A DNA stretch of 64,000 nucleotides from NCBI GenBank assembly GCA_900617105.1, contig UYFQ01000093.1:1-64000 (forward strand). Direction: 5' to 3'. The notes beneath the pieces were generated by a model. The model was not told where the DNA came from. It made no database searches and saw nothing but the letters and a program-made list of their open reading frames with translations. This stretch comes from Hydrurus foetidus. Taxonomy: Eukaryota. Every line of letters begins with the position of its first letter. The stretch's first letter is position 1. Both the position numbers and the translations under genes were made by a program. Shown here one piece after another: positions 15,392 to 28,321 of this stretch.

Positions 15392-15819
15392 GCTGTAGAA
15401 GACGATCGCTGAGAATAGTCACAGCAGCTATCCAAATAAAATTTCTAATCACCCCTTCGACAAAAATAACAACTGCAAACACACAAATCGCCACGATACC
15501 CTCTGCCTTTAACTAACATGAATCGCCGAATGAAATAACTGAAATCACCTGATAAGTAAGCTTCCAGCAAAGCCAAAGATGGAGATGAGACTAACTGTGT
15601 AACGGCAATAGTCCAGGGATCGATTTGTGGATCTGGAAACCTCTCCAAGATTCCTGATTCCTGATCCCCCGTCTGACCAGACTGTGACACAGCTTGAGAC
15701 AACTATATTGAGTACAATCTGAAAATCTGACCTTCTGCTCTCAGAAAACGTCCCATCAGTTGAACATCGAGTGTCCTGCAATCAGTTGCACGAGAGATTT
15801 GGAAAGATGGAGGACAGTC

Positions 15820-16691
15820 TCGAGATATTAACTTATTCTTGAACTTATTCCCCAGATTTCCGAATAAAAGACGTCTCACAGTAGCTCTTACATCAGAATA
15901 ATCATCGGCTGGCAGCTTAGTATAGGTTGTAGACGAAATTCCTGCCGATATTATCTTCTTGAGATGGTATTTGTTATCGCATGATGTATTCGTGACATTG
16001 TAATTTATTCGGGATTATTGTTAATTGAGCAGAGAGATATTTGAATCGTACGCTCGACATATCGGTGAGGAAGCAATCTCCACTAGTATCGCTCGAATGT
16101 TTTATGTTGAAAAATACTCACAAATTTGTGCGTTCTCTTTACGGTACGAATAAATTGGACATTGCATCTCTCCCGTTTTTACCGCAGACCAATCAGGGTC
16201 AATCAATATTAACTAAATCTAACGATTTTTGGTGAATTCAGGTGAGAAAAGGCGTCCGTATCGGCGGGCCCTCAGCAGCAGTGCTCCACAATCGGCAAAC
16301 AGCATTTTGTTAGCTCAGTGACACTTCGTAACAATTTCAAATGCTTCGAGCGCAAACCCCACATTAACAAATTCTCGAGTTCAGAGTCCAGATTTTTTTT
16401 CTCTTTTTTTACTGTGTAGTCTAGAGAAAAAAATGAGTGACATACCGACGGGGGGTCACACACACTACGTGGTGCGTATACGGTTCCAACTGCACGGACG
16501 CACGAACATGTTCCGATGTACGTACTTGATGATCTCATGGAACCCCCTTGATGATCGAATCTTTTTTGAATCTGAATTTGAATTTGAAACTTCAGTCGAC
16601 CCGACCCCCAGAACAACACAGTTCCGTTTAGATCGATCGCACGAGTTGTTGGCCAACGATTTGTGTTACCCGCTTTGATTGAAGACGTGGA
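15820..16691. repeat. Host-DNA direct duplication, copy 1 (partner 22850-23749)
   Basis: Starts tcgagatattaacttattctt and ends gaagacgtgga, directly against the LTR. Matches copy 2 except for 2 clear SNPs and a net 28-bp indel. Confidence 0.95.
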
Positions 16692-17017
16692 TGTTGACGA
16701 TTCTGAGATCCGAGGCGAAGTACGAACCGGATAGTACAGCGGCGTAGTGGATCAAAGTCAAGACTCGTGGAATAAGACACCTTAGTCAGTAAACACTTGT
16801 TAATTGACTGTGCTTCATCCCTGCTGAAGTCCCCGAGTCCCTTTCAACGCAACAACAATTACATTCTATCTCTACTGTTGAAGTATAAAAACAAAGCACG
16901 GGTCCACACATCTTTCATCACACACACACACACACACACACAGACAAATCCGTACGTCCGTACGAATGCATAAGTACACAGATTGTGTTCGTGTCATAAA
17001 CTAAGATATATCCAACA
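16692..17017 (-). repeat. 3' LTR of copia A (326 bp)
   Basis: tgttgac...tccaaca on the + strand; internal (CA)n tract. Confidence 0.95.
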
Positions 17018-17084
17018 CACCCCTATGCCACATCACAATTGCTTCTATTCACGCATCAAACATAAGTCTCGATATTAAAATAAA

Positions 17085-20000
17085 CTAAGCTAAAATATCA
17101 TCTATCCATCCGGTGATCCCGTATCTCTCTGATTTGAACTGTGCTCCCTGCAGCGGCTTCGTCAGGAGGTTCGCGTACATATCTTTAGTCCCAAGGTGCA
17201 CCACTCGCGCCTCTCCCATGTCCACTCTTTCCTTCAGCCAAAAGTATTTGATCGAGATGTGTCTTGTGCGCTCTCCCGCTGACCGTCCTCGCTCGATGAG
17301 GGACATGCACGACATATTGTCCTGGTACACCGTCACTGGCCCTGGAGTGTGTCCTTGCCCTATAATGAAGTTTCTAAGGTATAGTGCTTGGTTAGTCGAG
17401 TCAGATAGCGCTACCAGTTCCGCTTCCGTGCTCGACTTCGTCACTATCTGCTGCTTCGCTGACTTGCAGTGCACCGCACCCCTCATTCCCACTACTACAC
17501 AGCTTCCCGTGTGCGACTTCCCGTCTGGGTGCACCCCGTACGCCGCATCGATGAGTACACTCACAACGATCCCCTTGCTCCCAGCCTCGAACACTAGTCC
17601 CCTGTCTCTTGTGGCGCATACGTACTTAAGTACCCTCTCTAGTTTCACCAAGTCATCTACGCTGCACTTGGTCACCCGCGTCGTAAGGAATGCTACTGCC
17701 GTCAGACAGTCTGGTCTCGCGCGCTTCGCGAGGTACAGTAGCTTTGCGACATGGCGGTGGAATCGCATTCGCTCCGCCTCAGTCGCCATCGCCGCATCCT
17801 CTCTCACATCGAACAGCCCCTCCGTGGCCGGCGTCCTTGCACCTCCCACAGTGCCGCTCTCCTTCAGCATATCCTCCACATATCCCCGCATCGACACTCG
17901 CGCCACACCTGTTGTTGACATGTCGAAAACCATGCCTAGGTAGTTTACAATGGGTCCATTCTTGCGAGTGATGTCACCGTACCTTGCGATCAGTCCATTC
18001 GACAGAGACTCGATCATTCCTCCGTCAATACTAGTGATCATCAGGTCGTCCACGTGTACTGCGATGCTACACTGGACTCCGTACTCGTTGTGCTTGTTGA
18101 ACACACACATATCATGTGCATTTGGCAAGTACCCCAGTGCTGCCAGCCCATCTCTCAAGTTCTCATACCATAGCGCCGCCGATTCCACACACCCGTATAA
18201 GGCCTTATCAAGTCGTACCACCACACACCCCTTATTATCCACATATTCTGAATATCCTGGTGCGAGCTTTATCATCATGTTGGTCATGTTTCTGTCTAGT
18301 CTCATGTGGACAGTCAGTCCGGTGTTCATATCTGCATTCAAAAATGCCCCGCTAATATCTATCACTGTAACTGCTCGACCCTCATGCGCAGCGATGCTGA
18401 GTAGTACGAACACCGAGCTCGTCCCTACTGTTGGTGCAGACAGATCCTCATAAAGACTCTTGTCCTGCTGGTCTCCCCCTGCGACCAGTCTCGCCTTCAG
18501 TTTCTCGAACTCGCCGCTCGCCAGAAACTTTTCCTTTAAGAACATACTCGAGCGGATGATCCTGTGCTTCTCATCATTAGTCAGCCCCTTCATGTTCACC
18601 GGTGACCACACATTCTTAGCGATCATCTGCCCCAACTCCTTCTCAATAACACTTACCGCTGCATCACCCCTGGTCCTCAGCGCTTCGTTCACTGATATGT
18701 TAAAAATGTATTCCCCCCAGTGTTCTCCGTCTCCGCTGTAGTCTCTCGTCAGCAGTGCTACTTCACCGTCACCTCCTCTGAAGTAACTCATAAAGTCACC
18801 ACGTCTCATACGCGCAACTGGACCCGGTTCTGCTCTCATGCGTGCCTCGAGCACATCCATGTGTGTCTGCCCGGTTCCCTCTTCGGCGATCCCTGCGCCG
18901 CCACCCGCTGTATAGTCAACCGGGACTCCCTGCGCATCTATCCCGTCTATCGGCTCGTCGATATACTGATACGGACCTACTTCCATACTGCTCAAACTTC
19001 CTATCAGTTCGTCCATCTCAACTGGCTTCGGTTTCGCATTAGCTACAAACGGTGTGTAGGTGGGTTCGCTCAGATCCAATGCATCACATGTCATGTCCCC
19101 AATCTCCTCTTGCCACTCGTCTACGGGGTCGTTCACTGGTTCACTCACTTCATCTTCCCCTATAGAAATGACAGATGGGTCCACTCCGTCGTTCACACTT
19201 ACCTCGATAGTGTCGGGCAATCCCTCTCGTATACCGTCATCTTGTGTGTATGACGATGCACGCTCCGTAATCACCCCCTTCCCTTTCTTCCTTCCATCGG
19301 CTAGTGCAAGTTCATTCATACGATTGATTACTGACTCCGGCATCGGCATCACTCGAAAGTGATCGCGATTCACCATTCTCCCTGTAGACAGTGACAGCAT
19401 CCGTACGGTTCCCGTTCTGTTCCCTAACGGTAACATGACCACGCAGTCTTCTGTACGCGGTTTGAGTGATGAATCTGTGTTCGGCACCGTGCATTGTACG
19501 TAGTCGCCGAACGAGCATCTGAAGTCCCTCTTCCCGTCTGGCTTCCTGCCGATGAAGGCCTCCCGTGGGCTGGGGCCTGATTCTCGTATTCCGCCTGTTT
19601 CGTAGTTTAGCCTGGATACGACGTACAAAACACACATGGTGATACCCACAGTCGATAATGTAAAAGGCAAATGGTACGCAACGTGTGATCGTACTCTTTC
19701 CTTTGTAAGTCGAATTTTTCTCTCTATTCGTGCGACGTGCCCTCCAGCTCCGCTGATGTCGACTTCGACTCCGAGTAGTCCTAGCTCGTCGATGAGACTG
19801 ACGACCGCTCCTTCCCCATCACTCATGATTGTGGAGACTCGAAAGTTCTGCGACGCGAGAACCGATCGAAAGTGGGTAATTCCGTTCGTACCTCTACCAC
19901 GCCTCTTGAGGACTTCTTTGACGCTACGTCGGTTTAAATGTATGCAATAGTTAGTCCCAGTGGAGTAGCCACACCGATTAGCACAGCTACTTTATCAATA

Positions 20001-21889
20001 AACATAATATCGATCGATACCACCTGATCTCTTTGTTCGATTTTTGAGCTAACAACGATATCAGCCGATGGACTCGCTCTTTTAGTGGTCTTTCCTTTCA
20101 GTGAGGCCATGTCCTTCCCCCATATAGCGTCAGCTATCTGAAAGTCCCGTGTAGTGATGTCAAAATTACTCCCGCTGTTGACTATCGACATCGCCTGCTC
20201 AACTGTAGGGAACCCCATTCTCGCCATTAGCTCGCGAGCCTGCCTGGCTCGCTCGATCTCCCTCTTAGTAAACAGCTGCGAGTTCTGCGCTACTGTGGTC
20301 ACCATCGCGATTTCGGCTTCGACCTCGCGCCAGTCGCACGAGTAAAACCGTCCTTCGCTGCCTTTCACTTGCTTCCTGCCGAAGCGGTAAGTTCTGTCGC
20401 TCCCCTTCGGTTGCAAGGTGAAAACATCCATTTCGTAGTCGTAGCGTATGATAGCTCCTGCATCAACTTGTGATGCGAATGAAAGTATGTTAGCAGCTGC
20501 CGATCCGCTGTAGAAGACGGTCCCCAGCTCTCCGAACTCGCCTTCCCTATCGACGTTCACTTCGCTTCCGAGATGGATCCCGCTGACTTTGACTGACCGT
20601 GTCGCCTTGCGTATATCTGTAAGTAGACTTGGATTGCTGAATATGTTGAGGGATGCCTCATTGTCTAATAGCACATCGTATCTGGTAAAGCAGCATTTCT
20701 CCTCAGATGCAACTAGAGCCACGCCCCACTCGCTCTCATCGCTATCACCCTCGTCTGTCGGTTCGCTGATCGATACGTGGACTTTTCCCGATGACGATTT
20801 TCGTTGTGGGCAGTCTCTAGCGTAGTGACCATTCTGTTCACAGAGGTAGCATTCTACCTCGGTCAGGGGTTTCTTCTTGGCCCCACCGGTCTTCACGGCC
20901 TTCTTGTCCGTATCCTTCGGCGCACCGGTGTGTGCGCTCCCCGTAACGTATGCCGCGTTGGGTGCACCAGGTGTGGGTGTGAGTGAGTCATCCTCATGCC
21001 AGCCGTTGGCGATGTGGAATGCGTTGGCCAGTATGGGAGGGAATGCACCCGGTTTCCGCCTCAGTGCGTCGTTCTTCATCGAGTCGTGCATCTTGCGGTA
21101 CCGTTTGGGATCGAGTTTCCCGAGGAAGTCGAGAGCCCTCTTCGACTGCGACACCTCCGCAATTCTCACGGCTCGATTCGATTCCACCTGTTCATCGAAT
21201 CTTGATTTGAAAGTCACGAGGAGCTCTCTCTCACCTTGCCTCATGGACCCGTACTTACTCTCTTGTCTGTGTTGGTTGATCTCCATCAGATCGTCATCGT
21301 CACCAAACATGTGGGTGAGGTGAGTCCGTCTGATCATCGTCCATAGCATGATGCAGTCTAGTGTCATGTACGCCTCGTGGAAATCTTCTTCCTCTCGCAC
21401 TCTCGTCTGCGATGCCAGCGACATACGTCTCCACATCATAGGGTAGAGCGTACGTTCGTGCTCTTTTTGGGCCTTGAGGTCGCGTTTTCTCTGGATATAC
21501 TCGTCTTCTTTGAGCTTCGCTCTCGAGCGTTCTGACGCTTTCCTCCTTCGCTCGTTTCGAACATCTCGCGCCGCTTTGCGTGCCACCTTCTCGCGGACCG
21601 CGGCAGCGGCTAATATGGGGTCTTCTGCGGGTAGTTCTGAGTCGATTACCTCATCGTCCGACTCTGAACTCGAGCTTTCCTCTGACGAATCCATAGGTTG
21701 GTCCCTATAGGAGTGTTTCGGGAGCTCATACCGCATGTTTGTGGTAAAGAACATCCCCACTATGCCGTATAGCTCGGTGGCTATAACCTGCATGTGTTCT
21801 CTCCATTTGATAACATTGGTTGTTTTGCCGAACTGTAGTATACAATCCTCTGTAGTTTTTACAGCTTCGACAGCACGTTTTGGAGGCAT
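17085..21889 (-). pseudogene. Copia A gag-pol polyprotein, interrupted by a TAA (19934-19936) and a 1-nt frameshift near 19885
   Basis: ATG at 21889 (MPPKRAVE). Motifs: CYLCEQNGHYARDC; LLDNEAS protease; IDIMF/SDGE/RIE integrase; KARLVAGG, DISGAFLNA, LYG, HVDDL RT; IDAAY, EAEL, QDN RNase H. The lesions may be assembly errors. Confidence 0.85.
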
Positions 21890-21902
21890 GATAATGCCGA
21901 CG

Positions 21903-21913
21903 ACAGTCAATTA
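21903..21913 (-). promoter_or_regulatory. Non-tRNA primer-binding site of copia A (taattgactgt), complementary to LTR 22023-22033
   Basis: Directly abuts the LTR end; 11-nt exact complement of acagtcaatta. Confidence 0.75.
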
Positions 21914-22241
21914 TGTTGACGATTCTGAGATCCGAGGCGAAGTACGAACCGGATAGTACAGCGGCGTAGTGGATCAAAGTCAAGACTCGTGGAATAAGAC
22001 ACCTTAGTCAGTAAACACTTGTTAATTGACTGTGCTTCATCCCTGCTGAAGTCCCCGAGTCCCTTTCAACGCAACAACAATTACATTCTATCTCTACTGT
22101 TGAAGTATAAAAACAAAGCACGGGTCCACACATCTTTCATCACACACACACACACACACACACACAGACAAATCCGTACGTCCGTACGAATGCATAAGTA
22201 CACAGATTGTGTTCGTGTCATAAACTAAGATATATCCAACA
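21914..22241 (-). repeat. 5' LTR of copia A (328 bp), also serving as the 3' LTR of the truncated tandem copy
   Basis: Same sequence as 16692-17017 plus one CA unit. Flanked by the PBS position on one side and a second PPT on the other. Confidence 0.95.
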
Positions 22242-22845
22242 CACCCCTATGCCACATCACAATTGCTTCTATTCACGCATCAAACATAAGTCTCGATATT
22301 AAAATAAACTAAGCTAAAATATCATCTATCCATCCGGTGATCCCGTATCTCTCTGATTTGAACTGTGCTCCCTGCAGCGGCTTCGTCAGGAGGTTCGCGT
22401 ACATATCTTTAGTGCCAAGGTGCATCACTCGCGCCTCTCCCATGTCCACTCTTTCCTTCAGCTAAAAGTATTTGATCGAGATGTGTCTTGTGCGCTCTCC
22501 CGCTGACCGTCCTCGTTCGATGAGGGACATGCACGACATATTGTCCTGGTACACCGTCACTGGCCCTGGAGTGTGTCCTTGCCCTATAATGAAGTTTCTA
22601 AGGTATAGTGCTTGGTTAGTCGAGTCAGATAGCGCTACCAGTTCCGCCTCCGTGCTCGACTTTGTCACTATCTGCTGCTTCGCTGACTTGCAGTGCACCG
22701 CACCCCTCATTCCCACTACTACACAGCTTCCCGTGTGCGACTTCCCGTCTGGGTGCACCCCGTACGCCGCATCGATGAGTACACTCACAACGATCCCCTT
22801 GCTCCCAGCCTCGAACACTAATCCCCTGTCTCTTGTGGCGCATAC
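22242..22845 (-). mobile_element. Truncated tandem copy of copia A (3' UTR, PPT and RNase H end)
   Basis: 604-bp copy of 17018-17621 with 7 substitutions, including a TGG-to-TAG stop at 22462-22464. It ends abruptly, with 4 unmatched nt (agat) before the host duplication. Confidence 0.93.
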
Positions 22846-22849
22846 AGAT

Positions 22850-23749
22850 TCGAGATATTAACTTATTCTTGAACTTATTCCCCAGATTTCCGAATAAAAG
22901 ACGTCTCACAGTAGCTCTTACATCAAAATAATCATCGGCTGGCAGCTTAGTATAGGTTGCAGACGAAATTCCTGCCGATATTATCTTCTTGAGATGGTAT
23001 TTGTTATCGCATGATGTATTCGTGACATTGTAATTTATTCGGGATTATTGTTAATTGAGCAGAGAGATATTTGAATCGTACGCTCGACATATCGGTGAGG
23101 AAGCAATCTCCACTAGTATCGCTCGAATGTTTTATGTTGAAAAATACTCACAAATTTGTGCGTTCTTTATCATGCCCCAGTACTTTTCGCATTTAATTAC
23201 GGTACGAATAAATTGGACATTGCATCTCTCCCGTTTTTACCGCAGACCAATCAGGGTCAATCAATATTAACTAAATCTAACGATTTTTGGTGAATTCAGG
23301 TGAGAAAAGGCGTCCGTATCGGCGGGCCCTCAGCAGCAGTGCTCCACAATCGGCAAACAGCATTTTGTTAGCTCAGTGACACTTCGTAACAATTTCAAAT
23401 GCTTCGAGCGCAAACCCCACATTAACAAATTCTCGAGTTCAGAGTCCAGATTTTTTTTCTCTTTTTTTACTGTGTAGTCTAGAGAAAAAAATGAGTGACA
23501 TACCGACGGGGGGTCACACACACTACGTGGTGCGTATACGGTTCCAACTGCACGGACGCACGAACATGTTCCGATGTACGTACTTGATGATCTCATGGAA
23601 CCCCCTTGATGATCGAATCTTTTTTGAATCTGAATTTGAATTTGAAACTTCAGTCGACCCGACCCCCAGAACAACACAGTTCCGTTTAGATCGATCGCAC
23701 GAGTTGTTGGCCAACGATTTGTGTTACCCGCTTTGATTGAAGACGTGGA
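22850..23749. repeat. Host-DNA direct duplication, copy 2 (continues into the empty insertion site)
   Basis: Copy of 15820-16691 with an extra ~28 bp near 23167-23197; continues gtgga|gaggaaaacg with no LTR. Confidence 0.95.
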
Positions 23750-23873
23750 GAGGAAAACGAATGTAATAGTATGTAACGTGTGTGTGACATTTGCATTTCG
23801 TTGCACATTTCTGGGAAGTGAAGTCTGTGACGTCGGTCACATAGAGATTCATTATCATCCTCAATAGCCTATC

Positions 23874-24995
23874 ATGTCATACGAGCTTCTGCTCTCATCC
23901 CTCGCTACTCTGGAGCAAGTCCAGCCTTTCTATGAGTCTGAAGGCGGACATGGAATTCATGTGTTCATCATCAGATTGGGAAGTAAGATGGTCGCAACAA
24001 TTAGGAGATTCGTCAGTATTGCCGAAACCTTTCAGGGATATCTCCAGGGGAAATTCTTCGCCCAAATAGTGGACTTGATTGAAGACTATCGGAATCTTGT
24101 CCACAGCAGCAAGAGTCCCTTCTCCAAATTCTTCGCATGCTTTTTCCCTTCTCGTGGCGGACCAAAATACACCGCCCTGTGTCTTGCTATCGAAAAGAGG
24201 ATGCTGTCAACGACATATACTTGCGAATTGCTGCTCATTGAGCACTCTGCTTCTCATCTCTCCGAGGATTTAAAGCACTACACGAACTATTCTGATGCTG
24301 TATTTAAGATACAGGGATCAATTCAGTCTGGGCTACGAGCGGGGACAGAACAAGAACTGCTCAACTGCCGGTCTTCTTTACTTCTTACCGTTGACGCGAT
24401 AAAATTATTCATGAGATTTTTCGAAAAGGAAACGGATCCCTTCTGGATGGAGAGCAAGAACAGACTGTCGAAAATCACAGCTCTCCTAACCCCCCGTGAA
24501 TCTGTGGACTGGGATTGCGTAATTGATGCACAAGAGGGACTGTTCAAGATAATCAGCATGGCGTCAATTGTGTCGATGAACAAATCTCTCCAGACGCTAT
24601 CTGATCTTAAGAGTCTTCAGAACGATCTTAGACAGGCGTATCACGCGAAGGCTCTTTCCTTCGCGTCTGGTGAAGCGAACATGCATTCCATTCTGTATCA
24701 ACTTCAAAGTGACGAGCCTGATGACGTGTACATCATTCCGCAGAGGAATTTAAAGAAGTCCATCGAGCAGTGGCAGAATGTTTCTGATGCATCTTTTGTG
24801 GGTGAGTCACCCAGTGTTAGACACGCTAACAACGAGTCACGAGCATCTTCTCGCCCTGAGGTGGGTTCTGTTCGGTTTCAAGCGTCTAACGGCTCTAAGG
24901 GCAGTGCTAGGAGACTGAGCATTACTTCTGTTCCTATGAAGAGATCCATGAAAGACCTAGGAGCAGCCTTCGAGTTGTACAACAAAGGACCCTAA
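23874..24995 (+). CDS. Hypothetical 373-aa protein, intronless, probably mostly alpha-helical
   Basis: Long, complex-sequence ATG-TAA ORF with coding-like composition, followed by AT-rich sequence. No recognised family. Confidence 0.75.
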   Translation: MSYELLLSSLATLEQVQPFYESEGGHGIHVFIIRLGSKMVATIRRFVSIAETFQGYLQGKFFAQIVDLIEDYRNLVHSSKSPFSKFFACFFPSRGGPKYTALCLAIEKRMLSTTYTCELLLIEHSASHLSEDLKHYTNYSDAVFKIQGSIQSGLRAGTEQELLNCRSSLLLTVDAIKLFMRFFEKETDPFWMESKNRLSKITALLTPRESVDWDCVIDAQEGLFKIISMASIVSMNKSLQTLSDLKSLQNDLRQAYHAKALSFASGEANMHSILYQLQSDEPDDVYIIPQRNLKKSIEQWQNVSDASFVGESPSVRHANNESRASSRPEVGSVRFQASNGSKGSARRLSITSVPMKRSMKDLGAAFELYNKGP

Positions 24996-27900
24996 TTATA
25001 TCGTACGTGCGTGACTGCTCAAGATGCAAAAGATCGAGGAGTAACATAACTTGAGGTGATCACACTCTATACATAGAAACACAACACGGTTCTGCGTAAA
25101 GGGTGCTGTTCTGTTGTTCTCTCGTATGCAAAAATAAGCATGACAATGAATGTGAAAATGAAAAAAAAAACTGAAATTGAAATAGAAAAGAAAAAGAAAA
25201 AGGAAGTTAATACGGAAAATAGTGCGGGACCTGTGAAGTCAGTTAGTAAGCTTCCATTTCAAAATACGGAATTTGTCTGATTTCCGTGCACATCTGGAAC
25301 GAAACATAGCAATCTGCAGCACATAACTCGTGTTACCAGGAAACCGAAAATCGTTAATAGCAATATCTGTTCTCATGGCACGTACAGTAGATTCAGTAGG
25401 ATATCGTAGTACTTACGTTTTTTAATTGCCTATATATACTGCAAGTGAAGTAGAATCAAATTAATAAATTCAAACATATAATGAAGTAAAATGAGATGAA
25501 ATAAAATGAGAGCTTATTAAATAAAAAGAAATTCAAGAACATAAAGAAAAATAAAATGCGTATGTAGATTATTTAAAAGTAGTCACATTTCCGTATAAGT
25601 CTATTCAATCAATCAACAAAACATTTAAATTCAAAACAGAAGACATCTAAACAATACATAATAAAAAGAAAATAATTCAAGATAATTCAAGATAATTCAA
25701 GATTATTTAAGATTATTTAGGATTCTACTGCTACGCACAGTTGGCAACGAAAAATAAACGGTTTATTAAAATGAGGACTTTTATCGTAGAAAACAAAATG
25801 TTACGGAGGAAAGCCTGTTGTCGAATTTTAACTTTCAAATAGTTGGAATTCTTCGATACGTAAAAAACGCGGTACAAAGTGCCATTTAAAATAGAATAAA
25901 AGTAGTGCTGTTGATAATAGAGCGAAATCAAGAAGCATTAATTGAGAAGAAGAGAAATCATAGATCATAAGAATCACTATAGAATTATCGTCAGCTATTC
26001 TCCTTTAGTTTCTCTCGCTTCATCGTGACATAGTGTGACGCACGTGATGAAGTGAAATTGTAAAAAAATTAGTCAAAGTATTCATCGACTAAATGGCCTA
26101 ATGATAGTGTAAAAAAGTTTGACAAAATTATTTTTCCGCGTGACACTAATCAATTCGATAATATTCAATTTAAATATATAAAATACTGATATTCGAAATA
26201 AAATAACATGAAATAAATATCCGAAGAGCAATCATCAAAAAATCAAAAGGCGAACTCAGGAGGAGACGAAATGGCAAATAATCTGATGTAACATCTAATA
26301 AGGGGAGACGCTGATCAAAAGATCATGACAAAAAATAGCACAACATATCTCAGTACTGAAAAATAAATCAACTATCACTACTTTAAACAATTTCGATTAT
26401 CTGAAACTCAATATTTCATGCCAATATTCCATTTCACATCAACTTAATTTGACACCTAATGCAGAGCACTTCCCGCAATAATAACAGAATAACAACGTGT
26501 AAAAAAAAGTCAAATGAAAAATTAAAAACGAAAAATCAAACATCAGAAAAAAAGTAAAAAAAGTAAAAAATGCTACTGCAGACATACATTGGAAATGCTA
26601 AAAATATAAAAATAGAAAGTAGCCCAGCAAGATCGCGTTTAGATTAGTGAAGTCAAGTCAAGCGATTTATCAATACATTCGACATCGGATTCCGACTTGA
26701 CGTAACGTTTTCATACAATTTACTTTATAATATCATTCTCTATTTTATTTCTATTTCCGCTTTTTTATTACCCTTTTTTTTTATTGACTTCCATTTTTTC
26801 ATTGTGCAAGTATGTTTGAGTAGTTTTCTGAAGTCAAATTTAATTTCTAGTACGTATACCAAATCACACTGTATTCATAAGGTCTGAATAGCATGTCCAC
26901 TTATTCGTCCGACAAATTTATGTACTTTATGTTTAGTTAATAGTGCGCCATTCAGTGCTGCACAACCACACGCACGAAACACGAAAAATACGAAATATTC
27001 GTTAAGTCGAAACTGTAAAAATACGCGAAACGCAGTTCAATACAATACAACACATACCTACCAGCAGCCACCACTCTCTCTACTTCATTCTATCTTCTAC
27101 AACTTTTCAATTCACCAAATGCTATCTTTTATTCTATTTCGCCCTGTTTCCCACTACTCACCACTACCCTATTTCATCCTCTCTATCTCCCATCATCAGT
27201 TACACTCGTTTCCTCTTTTTCCTTCTTAACAATTCTTCCCCCTCCAACAATTGAATCAGATGTCTTCGAAATATTTTTCAATTTTTCTTCTCAGCGCCGT
27301 GTGTCTGTCTAGTTCTGTCAGTCTCTTTTCTTTGCCCCTCCATCTTTACCTTTCTTTCTCTTCACGCAATTGTAAGTGTAAACAGATGACCATGGGTCGA
27401 GACATACGAGAAGTTTTATCTCTACTTTGACATTGCCCGACAGACGAAATCGTCTTTTACACGGATATAGTGAGACAATCGTTCCGAAAGAACGTAACGT
27501 ACTGTAAGGAAAACGAAATGTACGTCAATGAAATCGATGATGATTGTCAGAGAGAATATCGACTAAAGAGCTTCTAAAATCTTGTGCATCATAGGATTGA
27601 TGGAAGTGGAAATTTCACTGTGCTGTGAAATTGTTAAATATCGGATTGCTCCAGATTTTTTTAACCGTTTCCTACCAGATGATACGATCACTCTATCACG
27701 AGTAAAACAAAAAATAAATTCGCTAATAAACTCTGAAAATGGCCACAAATTCACGCCAGTTCTAGTGATAAACGTCTGGAGAATAATACACATCTATTTC
27801 CCACAATTCTGCCAAATGAAAACAGCCAGAATTTTTTAGAAGAAATATTGTTTCTATTTCTTTAGCAGTGAGAAAATACCGCAAAATTCTTCTCTCGATC

Positions 27901-28321
27901 TCGATCTTGATAGTCGATATTTTTAGAAATGCTGATTACACAACTTCCGCTCTTCATTATTTCGTGCCCCTCAAAACAGAAGAGGTCTGACTTCACATAA
28001 AGAAAAGAAAAGTGAAAAGTGGATTCTTCGTATTTCTTGCGGTAACAACATACAAAGCAGAGGAAAATCCGCATTCCGTATCTTAAAAAATACGGTATCT
28101 TCCAATAAATTCAAATTTATTTGAATTCTATTGATTCAGGATTCAACTGGCGCTTTAAACAATGCAATCCTTAACCACTTTGACAAGGGCACTTTCGTTA
28201 TTGGCTGTCGCATCTCTGACGATTAGGCTGTATTGCTTGATCGATTATACTACCTGTTCAGAAAAATAACTGAGAAACAGGACATGAGTAGTAATAGCGC
28301 TTGACTGATTCTCAATCTGAC

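Larger units (their letters stand above)
16692..22241 (-). mobile_element. Ty1/copia LTR retrotransposon A (full length; gag-pol broken by local lesions)
   Basis: LTRs at 16692-17017 and 21914-22241 have TG...CA ends and differ only by one CA unit. PPT-like ggcataggggtg abuts the 3' LTR. Domain order is Gag(CCHC)-PR-IN-RT-RH, the copia order. Confidence 0.97.

Noticed and set aside
16272..16678. Short ORFs repeated at 23330-23806
   Set aside because: Recurrence comes from the 0.9-kb duplication; no coding signature.
17113..18741. Long antisense ORFs over copia pol (also 54039-55262)
   Set aside because: Shadow frames of the coding strand; no independent evidence.
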